Positions 18,118 to 27,203 of a stretch of DNA of 37,728 nt are shown here, in pieces. The notes below the pieces were generated by a model. That model was not told the DNA's origin. It saw nothing but the letters and a program-made list of their open reading frames with translations, and did not search any database. The stretch is taken from assembly GCA_041694815.1 (NCBI GenBank), contig JBGFSC010000003.1, positions 1 to 37,728 of the forward strand, read 5' to 3'. The position numbers were made by a program, and so were the translations under genes. The stretch comes from Elusimicrobiota bacterium (lineage in GTDB: Bacteria; Elusimicrobiota; Elusimicrobia; UBA1565; JACRDR01). How positions within the stretch are numbered: the first letter of the stretch is position 1; every line of letters begins with the position of its first letter.

Positions 18118-18605
18118 AGGCATGCCTTGAAAAAGAGCTCTTGTCCGCCTATATCGATCGGGAGGCGACTCCGGCGGAGGAGCGCCGCGTGCAGCTGCAT
18201 TTGGCTGACTGCGAGGGATGCCGCCGCGCCTTAAGGCTTTTGGGGCGGCTCAAGGTGGCGGTTCGAAGCCAGCCCGTTCCCCCCTTGCCGGCGGATCTGC
18301 GGGCCAGCCTGGAGGGCATGGCGGTTTCCGTCCGAAAGCCCACCGGATGGCGGGCTTTTTGGGAATTTGCGCTCGTCCTTCCGGGGCGGCGCATGAGCTA
18401 CGCGGCCGCCGCGGCGCTTGCCGGGGCGTTGTGCGTCCTGGCCTGGCGTCAGCGGTCCGCCACGGTGATCCCGGTGGAGGTGATCCTGGCGGCTCACAAC
18501 CAATACGCGCTGACCATGCCCTTGGCGGCGCGCGAGAAGATCATGTCCGATCTACCGATCCAGATCAGTTACGGCGGCGGAGAGGAAGGCGAGCGTGTTT
18601 ATTAA
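18114..18605 (+). CDS. Zinc-binding anti-sigma factor (zf-HC2) with TM helix
   Basis: LSAYID...HLADCEGC (HxxxCxxC), one TM segment, ATGA overlap with the sigma gene. Confidence 0.9.
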   Translation: MKACLEKELLSAYIDREATPAEERRVQLHLADCEGCRRALRLLGRLKVAVRSQPVPPLPADLRASLEGMAVSVRKPTGWRAFWEFALVLPGRRMSYAAAAALAGALCVLAWRQRSATVIPVEVILAAHNQYALTMPLAAREKIMSDLPIQISYGGGEEGERVY

Positions 18606-19605
18606 GCACTGTTTCCCGCTGCTGGCTTGGACGATCGCGGGCGGCGTCACGGCGGCGCCGGACCCCATCGAAATCCTAAGGCGCAGCATCGCGCTCCCCT
18701 CGGTGGCGTATTCGGGCGAGGTCTCGGTGCTGACCTGGTTCGGCTCGAAAACCCGGGCTAGGGAGCTCCTAGTCTATTTTTCGCCCCCGGGCCGTTTCCG
18801 TCGCGAGATTGTCGACCAGTCGGGTTATCTGGACCAACTGATCGTGTCCGACGATAAGACCGAATGGTTCTACGACCGCGCCCGCCGAACGGCGTGGAAG
18901 GGAGCGCCGGCGGACGCGGATTATAAAATCCTGGGCCCCGAGGAGGAGTATGATCTTCTCTCCGAAAACTACGTCCCGCGGCTGACGGGATCGGAGACGA
19001 TCGCGGGCTTTCCTTGCTGGAAGATAGAGATCGTCGCTCTCAAGGGCGGCCGTCCGCTGAGGCAGTTATGGGTGGAGAAGCGCCACGGCATTATCCTGCA
19101 GAGCAAGGCGTATCAGCCGGACGGTTCCCTCGCTTCGACCATGCGCTTCCTGCGCGCCGATATCCCGGCGGCCCTCGATGAGTCGCTCTTCAGATTCCAG
19201 CCTCCGCTCGGCTCGAGGGTGGTGACCAGCCGGCTCAAGCCGGGGTACTTGGAGCTCGAGGATGCCAGGGTCGCCAGTGGGATAGCGCCGCGCCATCCGT
19301 CATGGCTTCCCGCAGGCTACGTCTTCGAAAGCCTCAACGTCCTGCCCTATCAAGGCGCGACCTTGCTGCATTACCGGTATTCGGACGGCATCGACGCCGT
19401 CTCCTTGTTCCAATGCCCCCGTTCCACGCGGCTGAATTTCGGGGATCTTCCTAAGGAAAACACCAAGATCGGCTCCCGAGCCGCCTCGCTCTCCTTCGGC
19501 CCCGACGGGAAGATATTGGAATGGCCCAGCGGGGGCCAGCGCTTCATCCTGGTCGGCAATCTGCCGCTGGAGCTTCTCCGTACGGTAGCCGAATCGGTCC
19601 AATGA
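18595..19605 (+). CDS. MucB/RseB-like periplasmic regulator (LolA-like fold)
   Basis: Signal peptide, PGRFRRE / G.ETIAG / LWVE / F.F.PP and PSWLPAGY...YSDG...VSLF motifs; follows the sigma and anti-sigma genes. Confidence 0.8.
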   Translation: MFIKHCFPLLAWTIAGGVTAAPDPIEILRRSIALPSVAYSGEVSVLTWFGSKTRARELLVYFSPPGRFRREIVDQSGYLDQLIVSDDKTEWFYDRARRTAWKGAPADADYKILGPEEEYDLLSENYVPRLTGSETIAGFPCWKIEIVALKGGRPLRQLWVEKRHGIILQSKAYQPDGSLASTMRFLRADIPAALDESLFRFQPPLGSRVVTSRLKPGYLELEDARVASGIAPRHPSWLPAGYVFESLNVLPYQGATLLHYRYSDGIDAVSLFQCPRSTRLNFGDLPKENTKIGSRAASLSFGPDGKILEWPSGGQRFILVGNLPLELLRTVAESVQ

Positions 19606-19943
19606 GCGCGTTCTGGACGTCGCTTTTCTTGGCTTTTCCGTTGCAGGCGGCCCCCGAGAAGGCGCCTGCGCTTTCGACATCGACGCATCAGGTCCAGATC
19701 AACGCCGATCCGTCCTTCATCGACGCCCTTAGGGGCTTAATCCAGGAGGATCAGCGCCGCGTGATGAAGGCCCGCCAGGCCCTTAAAAGGGCTCGTTCGA
19801 AGGGCAAGCCCGATGCCATCCAGCGCGCCCACGACGCCTGGATGGACGCGAAGGCCAAGCTGCGCGCCGACCGTGAGTCGCTGCGCCTGTCCATCGAAGC
19901 GCGCGAGAAAGAGCTGGAAAATAAGGCGCGCCGAAGGCGATGA
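19602..19943 (+). CDS. Small secreted coiled-coil protein
   Basis: ATGA overlap with the upstream gene, signal-like N-terminus, charged helical C-terminus. Confidence 0.7.
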   Translation: MSAFWTSLFLAFPLQAAPEKAPALSTSTHQVQINADPSFIDALRGLIQEDQRRVMKARQALKRARSKGKPDAIQRAHDAWMDAKAKLRADRESLRLSIEAREKELENKARRRR

Positions 19944-20770
19944 GTGCGCGATCGGTGGCCGTTCTTGCGCTAGCCCTCGTGGGCTGCGGCGGGGAGCTTT
20001 CCTTTAAGAGCGGCTTGTTCCTTGAGAGAAGCGGTCGCTACGGCCCGGCGTTGCGTGCCTTCGAATCCTTCTCGAGAAACAATCCGGGGCATCCCCGCTT
20101 GGCGGAATCCTTGGTGCGCTCCGCGCGCATTTACTTGTACGCCTTCGACCGTTGCCCGGAAGCGCTCCCCTTGCTCGAGCGCGCGGCCAGGCTGAGCCCC
20201 GCGATGGAGCCGTGGAGTTCCGCGGCGCGCAGGCTCCTGCTCGATTGCCCGGACTATTTCCCCCTGCGTGACGGCATGCGCTGGATGTACGTGGACTCGC
20301 AAAGTGGCGGGCGCAACATGCGCCTGGAGCTTCAAGCCAGCGTTTCCACGGGGTCCGCGGGCGCGCGCATCGACGGGGCGTATTATGCCGGCAAACGGCG
20401 TTTCCAGGAATTCCGCCGCCGTTACGACAAGTCTGATTGGAGCGTCTGGGAAAAGGAGGGCGGAAGCCGCCTTCCGATACTGAAGTACCCCTATGCGGCC
20501 GGTTATTCCTGGAAAGGCCGCCAGGCGAACGCGACGGTCGAATTTAGGATCGTATCCGACCGGGAAACGGTCAATGTGTTGGCGGGTACATTCGCGAATT
20601 GCCTCAAGGTACGCCAGCGGATCGCCGGCAGTCCCGCATGGAAGTACGACTATTTCGCGCCGGGGGTCGGGCGAATCAAAACCACCGTCGGAGGTTCCGG
20701 ATTCGAGGAGCCCAATACGGAGCTCAAATCCTACCACGCCCCCGATCCATCCAGGCTGCTGACCCCCTAG
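19940..20770 (+). CDS. Lipoprotein with TPR-like N-domain and beta-rich C-domain
   Basis: Lipobox LVGC; helical region, then YFPL..G..W.Y and ETV.V.AG.F..CLKV...FAPGVG motifs. Confidence 0.75.
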   Translation: MSARSVAVLALALVGCGGELSFKSGLFLERSGRYGPALRAFESFSRNNPGHPRLAESLVRSARIYLYAFDRCPEALPLLERAARLSPAMEPWSSAARRLLLDCPDYFPLRDGMRWMYVDSQSGGRNMRLELQASVSTGSAGARIDGAYYAGKRRFQEFRRRYDKSDWSVWEKEGGSRLPILKYPYAAGYSWKGRQANATVEFRIVSDRETVNVLAGTFANCLKVRQRIAGSPAWKYDYFAPGVGRIKTTVGGSGFEEPNTELKSYHAPDPSRLLTP

Positions 20771-20803
20771 GCTCCGTCCAATGTGGTAGAATCATCCGCG
20801 CAC

Positions 20804-21388
20804 ATGGATAGCCTGCGCCTGGTCGCACTCGATCGTCGGCGGCTGCAAGATTTCGAGCACTTATTGTCCGGAAGGGAATTCAACGGCTGCTATTGCGCGC
20901 GATGGACCACGCCCAGCGAGCTATGGCAGGAGCGTTGCCGCACTCGCCCGCACGAGAATTTGGAGCACAGCTCCGGCAGGGTGCGCGCGGGCCAGTCGTT
21001 GGGCTATCTAGTCGTCCGGGAATCGGATGGGGCCGTCGTCGCGTGGACGGGAGCAGGTCCGAAGACCTCGTTTTCCCTCCTTAAAACGGAACCGGGAAGC
21101 CGCAAGGGGGAATGGAGTGCCGATATCTGGTGCGTAGCCTGCCTGGCCGTGGGTCGTTCTTTCCGAAGCCTCGGCTACGCCGCCGAGGTGGTCCGATTGC
21201 TAGTCGAGGCCGCGCGCGAGGCCGGCGCGCGCTCGATCGAAGCCTATCCCATCGAGCCGGGGTCGGGGGACTGCGCTTATCGGGGAGAACGTGCGCTCTA
21301 TGAAAGGCTGGGCTTCTCCGTGGCCGATACCGACAGGGAAGACTCCAGGACCGCCTTGCGGATGGAAAAGGCCCTTTCCGGCGGCTGA
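20804..21388 (+). CDS. GNAT-family N-acetyltransferase
   Basis: GCYC, FRSLGYA (motif A), IEAYP, LYERLGF. Confidence 0.85.
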   Translation: MDSLRLVALDRRRLQDFEHLLSGREFNGCYCARWTTPSELWQERCRTRPHENLEHSSGRVRAGQSLGYLVVRESDGAVVAWTGAGPKTSFSLLKTEPGSRKGEWSADIWCVACLAVGRSFRSLGYAAEVVRLLVEAAREAGARSIEAYPIEPGSGDCAYRGERALYERLGFSVADTDREDSRTALRMEKALSGG

Positions 21389-21401
21389 TGAGCGCAGCGG
21401 C

Positions 21402-22337
21402 TTACGAAAGGACGGCCTCGTGCTCGGCGAGGAATCGTTCGGCCTCGAGCGCGGCCATGCAGCCGCTGCCGGCGGCCGTGACCGCCTGGCGGTAAAGGGA
21501 ATCCATGACGTCTCCGGCCGCGAAAACGCCCTCCACGGAAGTGCGCGTCCTGCCGTCCGTCTTGACGTACCCGTTCTCCTGTAGCTCCAATTGCCCCTGC
21601 ACCAGGGCGGTGCTCGGCGTATGGCCGATGGCCACGAACAGCCCGTCGGCCTTGTGCTCGGCGGCTTCTCCGGTCTTTACGTTGCGGATTCGCACGCCCT
21701 CGACGGTCTCGCGGCCGACGATATCATCGATGACGCTGTCCCACAGGAAGGCGACCTTGGGGTTTTTGCGGATTCTTTCCTGCATGATTTTCGAGGCGCG
21801 CAGCGCGTCCCGGCGATGGACGAGCGTGACCGAGGAGGCGAACTTCGTCAGGAAAAGGGCCTCCTCGACCGCCGTGTCCCCCCCACCAACGACGAAGACG
21901 CGCTTGCCCTTAAAGAAAAAAGCGTCGCAGGTGGCGCAAGCCGATACTCCCCGGCCCATCAGCCGTTTTTCCGATTCGAGCCCCAGCCATTTCGCCTTGG
22001 CCCCCGTCGCCAGGATGACGCTCTCCGCCAAGGCTCGCTGGCCTTCCGTGGTCTCGACGGCGAACGGCCTCTTGGAGAGGTCGAGCTTCGAGACGTCCTC
22101 GGCGATGATGCGCACGCCCAGGCGCTGGCATTGCTTCTGCATGCGCTCCATGAGCTCCGGGCCCAGGATGGGCTCGGCGAAGCCCGGGAAATTCTCCACG
22201 TCCGAGGTGATCATCAATTGACCGCCCATGCTGACTCCGCCGAAAAGCAGCGGATTGAGATTGGCGCGTGCGGCGTAGATGGCCGCCGTGTAGCCGGCCG
22301 ATCCCGAGCCGATGATGACGATTTTTTCCGTGGGCAT
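21402..22337 (-). CDS. trxB: Thioredoxin-disulfide reductase
   Basis: GSGSAG FAD motif, CATC redox centre, GGGDTA NADPH motif, HRRD, AAGD...QAVTA; start ATG 22337. Confidence 0.97.
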   Translation of the reverse strand: MPTEKIVIIGSGSAGYTAAIYAARANLNPLLFGGVSMGGQLMITSDVENFPGFAEPILGPELMERMQKQCQRLGVRIIAEDVSKLDLSKRPFAVETTEGQRALAESVILATGAKAKWLGLESEKRLMGRGVSACATCDAFFFKGKRVFVVGGGDTAVEEALFLTKFASSVTLVHRRDALRASKIMQERIRKNPKVAFLWDSVIDDIVGRETVEGVRIRNVKTGEAAEHKADGLFVAIGHTPSTALVQGQLELQENGYVKTDGRTRTSVEGVFAAGDVMDSLYRQAVTAAGSGCMAALEAERFLAEHEAVLS

Positions 22338-22407
22338 GCGGCCATTATATGATATTGACTGTTCGTAGAGGGACGCATCGACAGGATCCGTGCCGTGCAG
22401 GGAGACG

Positions 22408-22785
22408 ATGGGATTGACCGACCGAATCTGGATCAAGGGAATCTCCTGCCGCGCCCGGCTCGGCGTTCCCGATTGGGAGCGCAAGCGCCCGCAAGAGATA
22501 TCCATCGACGTCGGCCTCGAGCTGGACCTTGCCGCGTCCGGCCGAAGCGACGATTTCAGGGATACGGCCGACTATTGGGCGGTTGAGAAAAGGGTCCGCG
22601 AGGTCGCCGAAGGCGCCCCGTTCCGTCTGGTCGAACGGCTCGCCGAACTCGCCGCCCGGGCGGCCCTCGAGGCGGATTCCCGCGTCCAAGGGGTTTTCGT
22701 GGCGGTGCATAAGAGGCCCGCGTCGATGCCGAAGACCCTAGAAGTCGTCGTCGAGATCACTCGGCGCAGACGGCGGCCGAGGTAG
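22408..22785 (+). CDS. folB: Dihydroneopterin aldolase
   Basis: D.I.I.G.....GV...ER...Q...ID, DD...T.DY, L.E.LA, V.V.K motifs; GGAG Shine-Dalgarno. Confidence 0.9.
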   Translation: MGLTDRIWIKGISCRARLGVPDWERKRPQEISIDVGLELDLAASGRSDDFRDTADYWAVEKRVREVAEGAPFRLVERLAELAARAALEADSRVQGVFVAVHKRPASMPKTLEVVVEITRRRRRPR

Positions 22786-23161
22786 GGGTTTCCCAGAGCT
22801 TGACCGAGGCGACGGGCAGCTTCTGTCCCTTGGCGTAGCGGAAAACGTGGCGGGCGATGTTCTCCGCCGTGGGATTTCCTTCCAGCGTCACCAGCGGCTG
22901 CCCGTGCTTCTTCAAATCGGGGATAAGCGGATCCTTGGCGTTTAGGATGAGCTTATGATCGAGCTCCGCGTCGACCCAGCGTTGTAGGCGCCGCTTGATT
23001 TCCACGAAATCCATCACCATGCCGAGCCGGTCGAGCCCGCGCGACTCGATCGTGACCTCCAATGAACCGTTATGCCCGTGCAGGTCGCGGCATTTGCCCT
23101 CGTAATCCAGCAGGCGGTGCCCGTAGCAAAAGCCGATGAGCTTGGTGACCGAGTATCTCAC
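22757..23161 (-). CDS. queD: 6-carboxy-5,6,7,8-tetrahydropterin synthase (PTPS-I type)
   Basis: HRL...KCRDLHGHN (Cx3HGH), GMVMDF, LDH, NPTAENIA. Confidence 0.88.
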   Translation of the reverse strand: MRYSVTKLIGFCYGHRLLDYEGKCRDLHGHNGSLEVTIESRGLDRLGMVMDFVEIKRRLQRWVDAELDHKLILNAKDPLIPDLKKHGQPLVTLEGNPTAENIARHVFRYAKGQKLPVASVKLWETPTSAAVCAE

Positions 23162-23895
23162 GCGATGAGTCTCCCCCCGTCCACCGCGAGGGCCGCGCCG
23201 GTGATGAAGTCCGAGCTCTCGATCAGAAAAACGACGGCATTGGCCACGTCCTCCGGGCTGCCCAGTCGGCGCAGCGGGGTCGCCTTTTCAACGGCGCGCC
23301 GAAAGCCTGGAGTGCTGCCTTCGGGCAGGAGAACGGGGCCCGGCAGAACCGCGTTGACCTGTACCTGGGGTGCCAAGGCCTTGGCGAGTAGGGTATTGAG
23401 GCAGAGCAGTCCCGCCTTCGAGACGCAGTACGGCGTGTACTCGACGTAGGGGCGCTGTCCCGCCCAATCGGCGATATTGATGATCTTACCCTCCCCGGCC
23501 CGCTTCATCCGAACTCCCAGGGCCTGCGATAAAAGAAACGGCGCGCGCAGGTTGACGGCCATGTCCTTGTCCCAATGGGCCGCGTCGATGTGGCCCAGCT
23601 CGCGCCTCTCGTAGATGGAAGCGCTATTGACTAGCACGGAGACGGTCTCGAAACGGCGCAGGACGGCATCGGCCAGGCCGCGGGTCTGTCGGGCGCTGCC
23701 CAGGTCGGCGGAGAACACGGCGCTATCTATGCCGAAGCGCCGATGGAGTTCTTGGGAAAGCTGCCGGGCCTCGGTGCGGGAGCTGCGGCAATGGATGGCG
23801 ATATTGGCGCCGCGCCGCGCGAGCGCGACGGCAATCGCGCGACCGACGCGCACGGCGGCCCCGGTGACGAGCGCGTTCTTGCCTTGTAAACGCAT
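23158..23895 (-). CDS. SDR oxidoreductase, pteridine reductase (PTR1/FolM-like)
   Basis: TGAAVRVG (Arg-containing variant typical of pteridine reductases), NSAS, IAD, YCVSK, VNAVLPG. Confidence 0.8.
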   Translation of the reverse strand: MRLQGKNALVTGAAVRVGRAIAVALARRGANIAIHCRSSRTEARQLSQELHRRFGIDSAVFSADLGSARQTRGLADAVLRRFETVSVLVNSASIYERRELGHIDAAHWDKDMAVNLRAPFLLSQALGVRMKRAGEGKIINIADWAGQRPYVEYTPYCVSKAGLLCLNTLLAKALAPQVQVNAVLPGPVLLPEGSTPGFRRAVEKATPLRRLGSPEDVANAVVFLIESSDFITGAALAVDGGRLIA

Positions 23896-23920
23896 TCCGG
23901 AGATTATAGCATGCGTGTGG

Positions 23921-24571
23921 ATGAAGGGGTCGGTCGCGGTCCTCTGCAGCGGCGGACTCGACAGCGCCGTGCTCCTGGCGTGGTGCGCTCGCCGCTACCG
24001 CGGCGTCGTCCCGCTTTTCATCGAGTCGGGATTCCGTTGGGAACGGGCGGAGAGGCTCGGCCTGGAGCGTTTTCTCTCTAGCGCGCGTCTGGCCGGCGTC
24101 AAAGCCCCGATCCGCTTGTCCTCGGATAACCGCGACGTGGTCCGCCGCCGATGGGTACTGCCGGGCGGACCCGTCCCCGGCAGGCTCTCCGCCTGCCCGG
24201 CGGTCTATATTCCCGGAAGGAACTTGCTGCTGTTGTCGAAGGCCGCCGTCTACTGCGCCGAGTCCGGCGTCCACGACATCGCCTTGGGGGTGCTGCGCGG
24301 AAATCCATTCGGCGACAGCACACGAGCCTTCCTTCGCGCCTTCGAGAAAGCAGCCTCCCTGGCCTTGGGCTGGCGCCTGCGCGTGCACGCGCCCTTTAGG
24401 CGATCGAGCAAGGCGTCGGTGATCCGCACCGGCGCCGGCTTGCCGCTTGAGGAGACGTTTTCCTGCATCGCCCCGCGCGGCCGACTGCATTGCGGGCGCT
24501 GTGCCAAGTGCTACGAGAGGCAGCAGGGTTTTAAGAGGGCAGGGGTAACGGACGCGACTCGCTATGCCTAA
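23921..24571 (+). CDS. queC: QueC-like PP-loop ATPase (7-cyano-7-deazaguanine synthase family)
   Basis: SGGLDS, YIPGRN, zinc motif SC-x8-CGRCAKC; start ATG 23921. Confidence 0.8.
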   Translation: MKGSVAVLCSGGLDSAVLLAWCARRYRGVVPLFIESGFRWERAERLGLERFLSSARLAGVKAPIRLSSDNRDVVRRRWVLPGGPVPGRLSACPAVYIPGRNLLLLSKAAVYCAESGVHDIALGVLRGNPFGDSTRAFLRAFEKAASLALGWRLRVHAPFRRSSKASVIRTGAGLPLEETFSCIAPRGRLHCGRCAKCYERQQGFKRAGVTDATRYA

Positions 24572-25754
24572 AATGGAATCTGTCCTCGTCGTTGATGACG
24601 ACCTCGATCAGCTTGGATTCATCGCGGGGCTGCTCGAGCGCAACGGATTCGACGTGCGTCGAGCCAGTTCCGGCTCGGAGGCGGTCCTTCTTCTGGAGAA
24701 AACGCGATTCGATCTGGTGGTAACGGATCTCGTCATGCAGGGCGTCCCGGGCCTGGAGGTCATCCGCAGTGCGGCGGAGAGGGATCCGGAAGCGATCTGC
24801 ATCGCCATGACCGCTCACGGTTCCTTGGACTCCGCGATAGACGCCCTGATGTTGGGGGCCTACAGCTATCTCCTTAAGCCCTGCAACGAGCGCATGCTGA
24901 TGCATTGTGTCCAGAGAGGCCTAGAAAAACAGCGGCTGACGAAGCAGCTGCGCGAGCTCAACCGCGAGCTCAATTCCCGCGTGCAGGAGGCCACCCAGGA
25001 ACTCGTCGAGTTAAACCGCAGGATGCTCACCGAGATGGCCAGCCTTAAGGAGGTAGACGAACTCAAAACCTCCTTCCTCAACCATGTCTCCCATGATCTG
25101 GTCAATCCCATCACTTCCATCCGCGGTTATTTGGATTACCTGCTCCAAGCGAAGGAGCCGTCGTACACGATTTCCGAGGAGGCCAGGGGGCTGTTGGCCA
25201 ATATCAAGAAGGCGGCCACCCATATGGAGTATTTGATTGGTCAGCTGTTGGAGGCCGCGCGGTTGAGCTCCGGCACCATGAAATTGCAGCGGCAGCGCTT
25301 CTCGATCAAGGATCTCGCCCTGGAGTCCTTGACCCTGCTCCGCCCGCAGGCCGACGCCGGAGAGATAAGGCTGGAGATGAGATTTAAGGGCCTCGAATCC
25401 GACGGCGTATGCGGCGACCGGGGACGGCTATTGCAGGTGCTTAGCAATCTCTTGGGCAACGCTTGCAAATTCACCCCCAAAGGCGGGAGGGTCGTCCTTG
25501 AAGTGGAGAAATCCAATGCGCTCGTTCGCTTCACGGTCGAGGATACCGGCCCTGGGATCGCGCCGCAGCATCATGCGCGTATCTTCGACCGGTTTTATCA
25601 GGTCGAAACCGGGCTGAGCCGGCCTTTCAAAGGCCTGGGATTGGGGCTGCGTATCGCCAAGGACTTGGTCGAACTGCACCAAGGGCGGATTTGGGTTGAG
25701 AGCGAGCTGGGCAAGGGCAGTCGTTTCCACGTCGAGATCCCATCGGAGTCCTGA
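24564..25754 (+). CDS. Hybrid REC-HisKA-HATPase histidine kinase
   Basis: N-terminal REC (VVDDD, TDLVM, KP), coiled coil, [29 protein letters not shown]. Confidence 0.93.
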   Translation: MPKMESVLVVDDDLDQLGFIAGLLERNGFDVRRASSGSEAVLLLEKTRFDLVVTDLVMQGVPGLEVIRSAAERDPEAICIAMTAHGSLDSAIDALMLGAYSYLLKPCNERMLMHCVQRGLEKQRLTKQLRELNRELNSRVQEATQELVELNRRMLTEMASLKEVDELKTSFLNHVSHDLVNPITSIRGYLDYLLQAKEPSYTISEEARGLLANIKKAATHMEYLIGQLLEAARLSSGTMKLQRQRFSIKDLALESLTLLRPQADAGEIRLEMRFKGLESDGVCGDRGRLLQVLSNLLGNACKFTPKGGRVVLEVEKSNALVRFTVEDTGPGIAPQHHARIFDRFYQVETGLSRPFKGLGLGLRIAKDLVELHQGRIWVESELGKGSRFHVEIPSES

Positions 25755-25796
25755 ATCCTTGAGTCGGAATTTGCGTGGCGCGCCAAGCGCGGGGAT

Positions 25797-27158
25797 TTAG
25801 CCCGACTGAGTTCTCCAGTAGCGCTGTCCCGCCTCGGGAAGGGTATAGACGGGATCGTAGTACACGTAGGTGCGCGTCAACGCCTCGGGGTCTGAGGCCT
25901 CGATTCCCGTGCGGTAATTCTTGGTCCAGTAGGAAATCCCTTTCTGCCGGTCGTATTCCTTGATCTGATGCACCCAGCGCTTGCCGACGAAAGGCACGTC
26001 CACCGTAACCCGCGGGGTGGCGAAGCCCGGCAGATACCCCATGATGTCGTTTTGCAGCTGCTGGGACTCGTGGATCGCCAGGCGCCAATGCTCCGAGTTC
26101 GGGATCATGTCGCAGGCGTAGAAATAATAGGGCATGATCTTGGCGCAGTCGAGCAGCGTGAAGCAGAGCTCCAATAAATCCTTCGCGGTGGCGTTGACTC
26201 CGCGCAGGAGCACGCCTTGATTGCGGACGTCGCGAAAGCCCATGTCCAGCAGCTTTTGCACCGCGGTGGCCACCAGAGGGGTCAATTGCCGCGCGTTGTT
26301 GACATGCGTGTGCACCGCGATGTCGACACCTTTCTGGCGAGCCTTTTTGGCCAGTCGTTCTAGGCCCGTCAGGACCTCGTCTTGGAGAAAATGCTGGGGA
26401 AGGCCCATCAAGGCCTTGGAGGCCAGCCGTATGTCGCGGATATTCGGGATGTCCATGAGCGCCGACACGAAGGACTCCAGGTGTCCGATCGGCAGATTCG
26501 CCACGTCCCCTCCCGAGACGACGACGTCGCGCACTGAGGGGGTTTTTCGCAGATAATCCAGGATCTGGGCGTAGCGCTCCTTGGGCTGTATCGAGAAGCG
26601 CTGCTTTTCGACCTGGGGGACATCGTTGCCGACCAAGTCCATCCGCGTGCAATGCCCGCAGTACTGGGGACAGGTCTGAAGCAGTTCGGCTAGGACCTTG
26701 GTGGGATAGCGATGGGTCAGGCCTTCGACGGCCCACATATCCGCCTCGTGTAGGCTGTCGCGGGCCGCCTTGGGATGATTGGGCCATTCTGGGTGGCGGT
26801 CGGAGAAGGCCGGCAGCATGTATCTGCGGATCGGGTCGGAGCGCAGATCGCGCTCGTCCATGGTGTTGAGCATTTGCGGGGGAAGCAGGATGGACATCGT
26901 CGCCCGCTCTTTTTGATCCCGCTCGATATCCGCCGCAAGCTCGTCGGGAAGGTGTGGACCAAAAACTACTTTTAATTCCTTGAGATTTTTAGCCGAATGC
27001 TGGCGCTGCCAAAGGGCGCTTTCCCATTCTTTCTTGGAAACGCCTTTATAGCCGGGCAAACGGGTCCAATCCGGCTCGACGAAAGGCCGTTCGAGAGGAT
27101 ACTTAAACGGCTGGGGAGCGGGGCGGGCCTTCGGGACCCGCTTCGTAGGCACGGCCAT
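25797..27158 (-). CDS. kamA: KamA-family radical SAM aminomutase (lysine 2,3-aminomutase-like)
   Basis: [17 protein letters not shown] (CxxxCxxC), [24 protein letters not shown], putative PLP lysine in DVPFVGK. Confidence 0.85.
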   Translation of the reverse strand: MAVPTKRVPKARPAPQPFKYPLERPFVEPDWTRLPGYKGVSKKEWESALWQRQHSAKNLKELKVVFGPHLPDELAADIERDQKERATMSILLPPQMLNTMDERDLRSDPIRRYMLPAFSDRHPEWPNHPKAARDSLHEADMWAVEGLTHRYPTKVLAELLQTCPQYCGHCTRMDLVGNDVPQVEKQRFSIQPKERYAQILDYLRKTPSVRDVVVSGGDVANLPIGHLESFVSALMDIPNIRDIRLASKALMGLPQHFLQDEVLTGLERLAKKARQKGVDIAVHTHVNNARQLTPLVATAVQKLLDMGFRDVRNQGVLLRGVNATAKDLLELCFTLLDCAKIMPYYFYACDMIPNSEHWRLAIHESQQLQNDIMGYLPGFATPRVTVDVPFVGKRWVHQIKEYDRQKGISYWTKNYRTGIEASDPEALTRTYVYYDPVYTLPEAGQRYWRTQSG

Positions 27159-27203
27159 GCCACGATTCTATCAAAAGTGGCGACGTTCGGATATCCCAAG
27201 CGG

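Noticed and set aside
20804..21388. GNAT as the beta-lysine acetyltransferase partner of KamA
   Set aside because: It lies 4.4 kb away on the opposite strand, is shorter than AblB/YodP-type proteins and sits in a different gene context.
9869..22785. Tail-to-tail overlaps of convergent genes (9869-9930, 15320-15344, 22757-22785)
   Set aside because: Common in compact GC-rich genomes; no evidence of a special function.
25797..27158. EpmB (EF-P beta-lysylation) assignment for the radical SAM gene
   Set aside because: At 453 aa with a long N-terminal extension it is KamA-sized, and there is no efp or epmA nearby.
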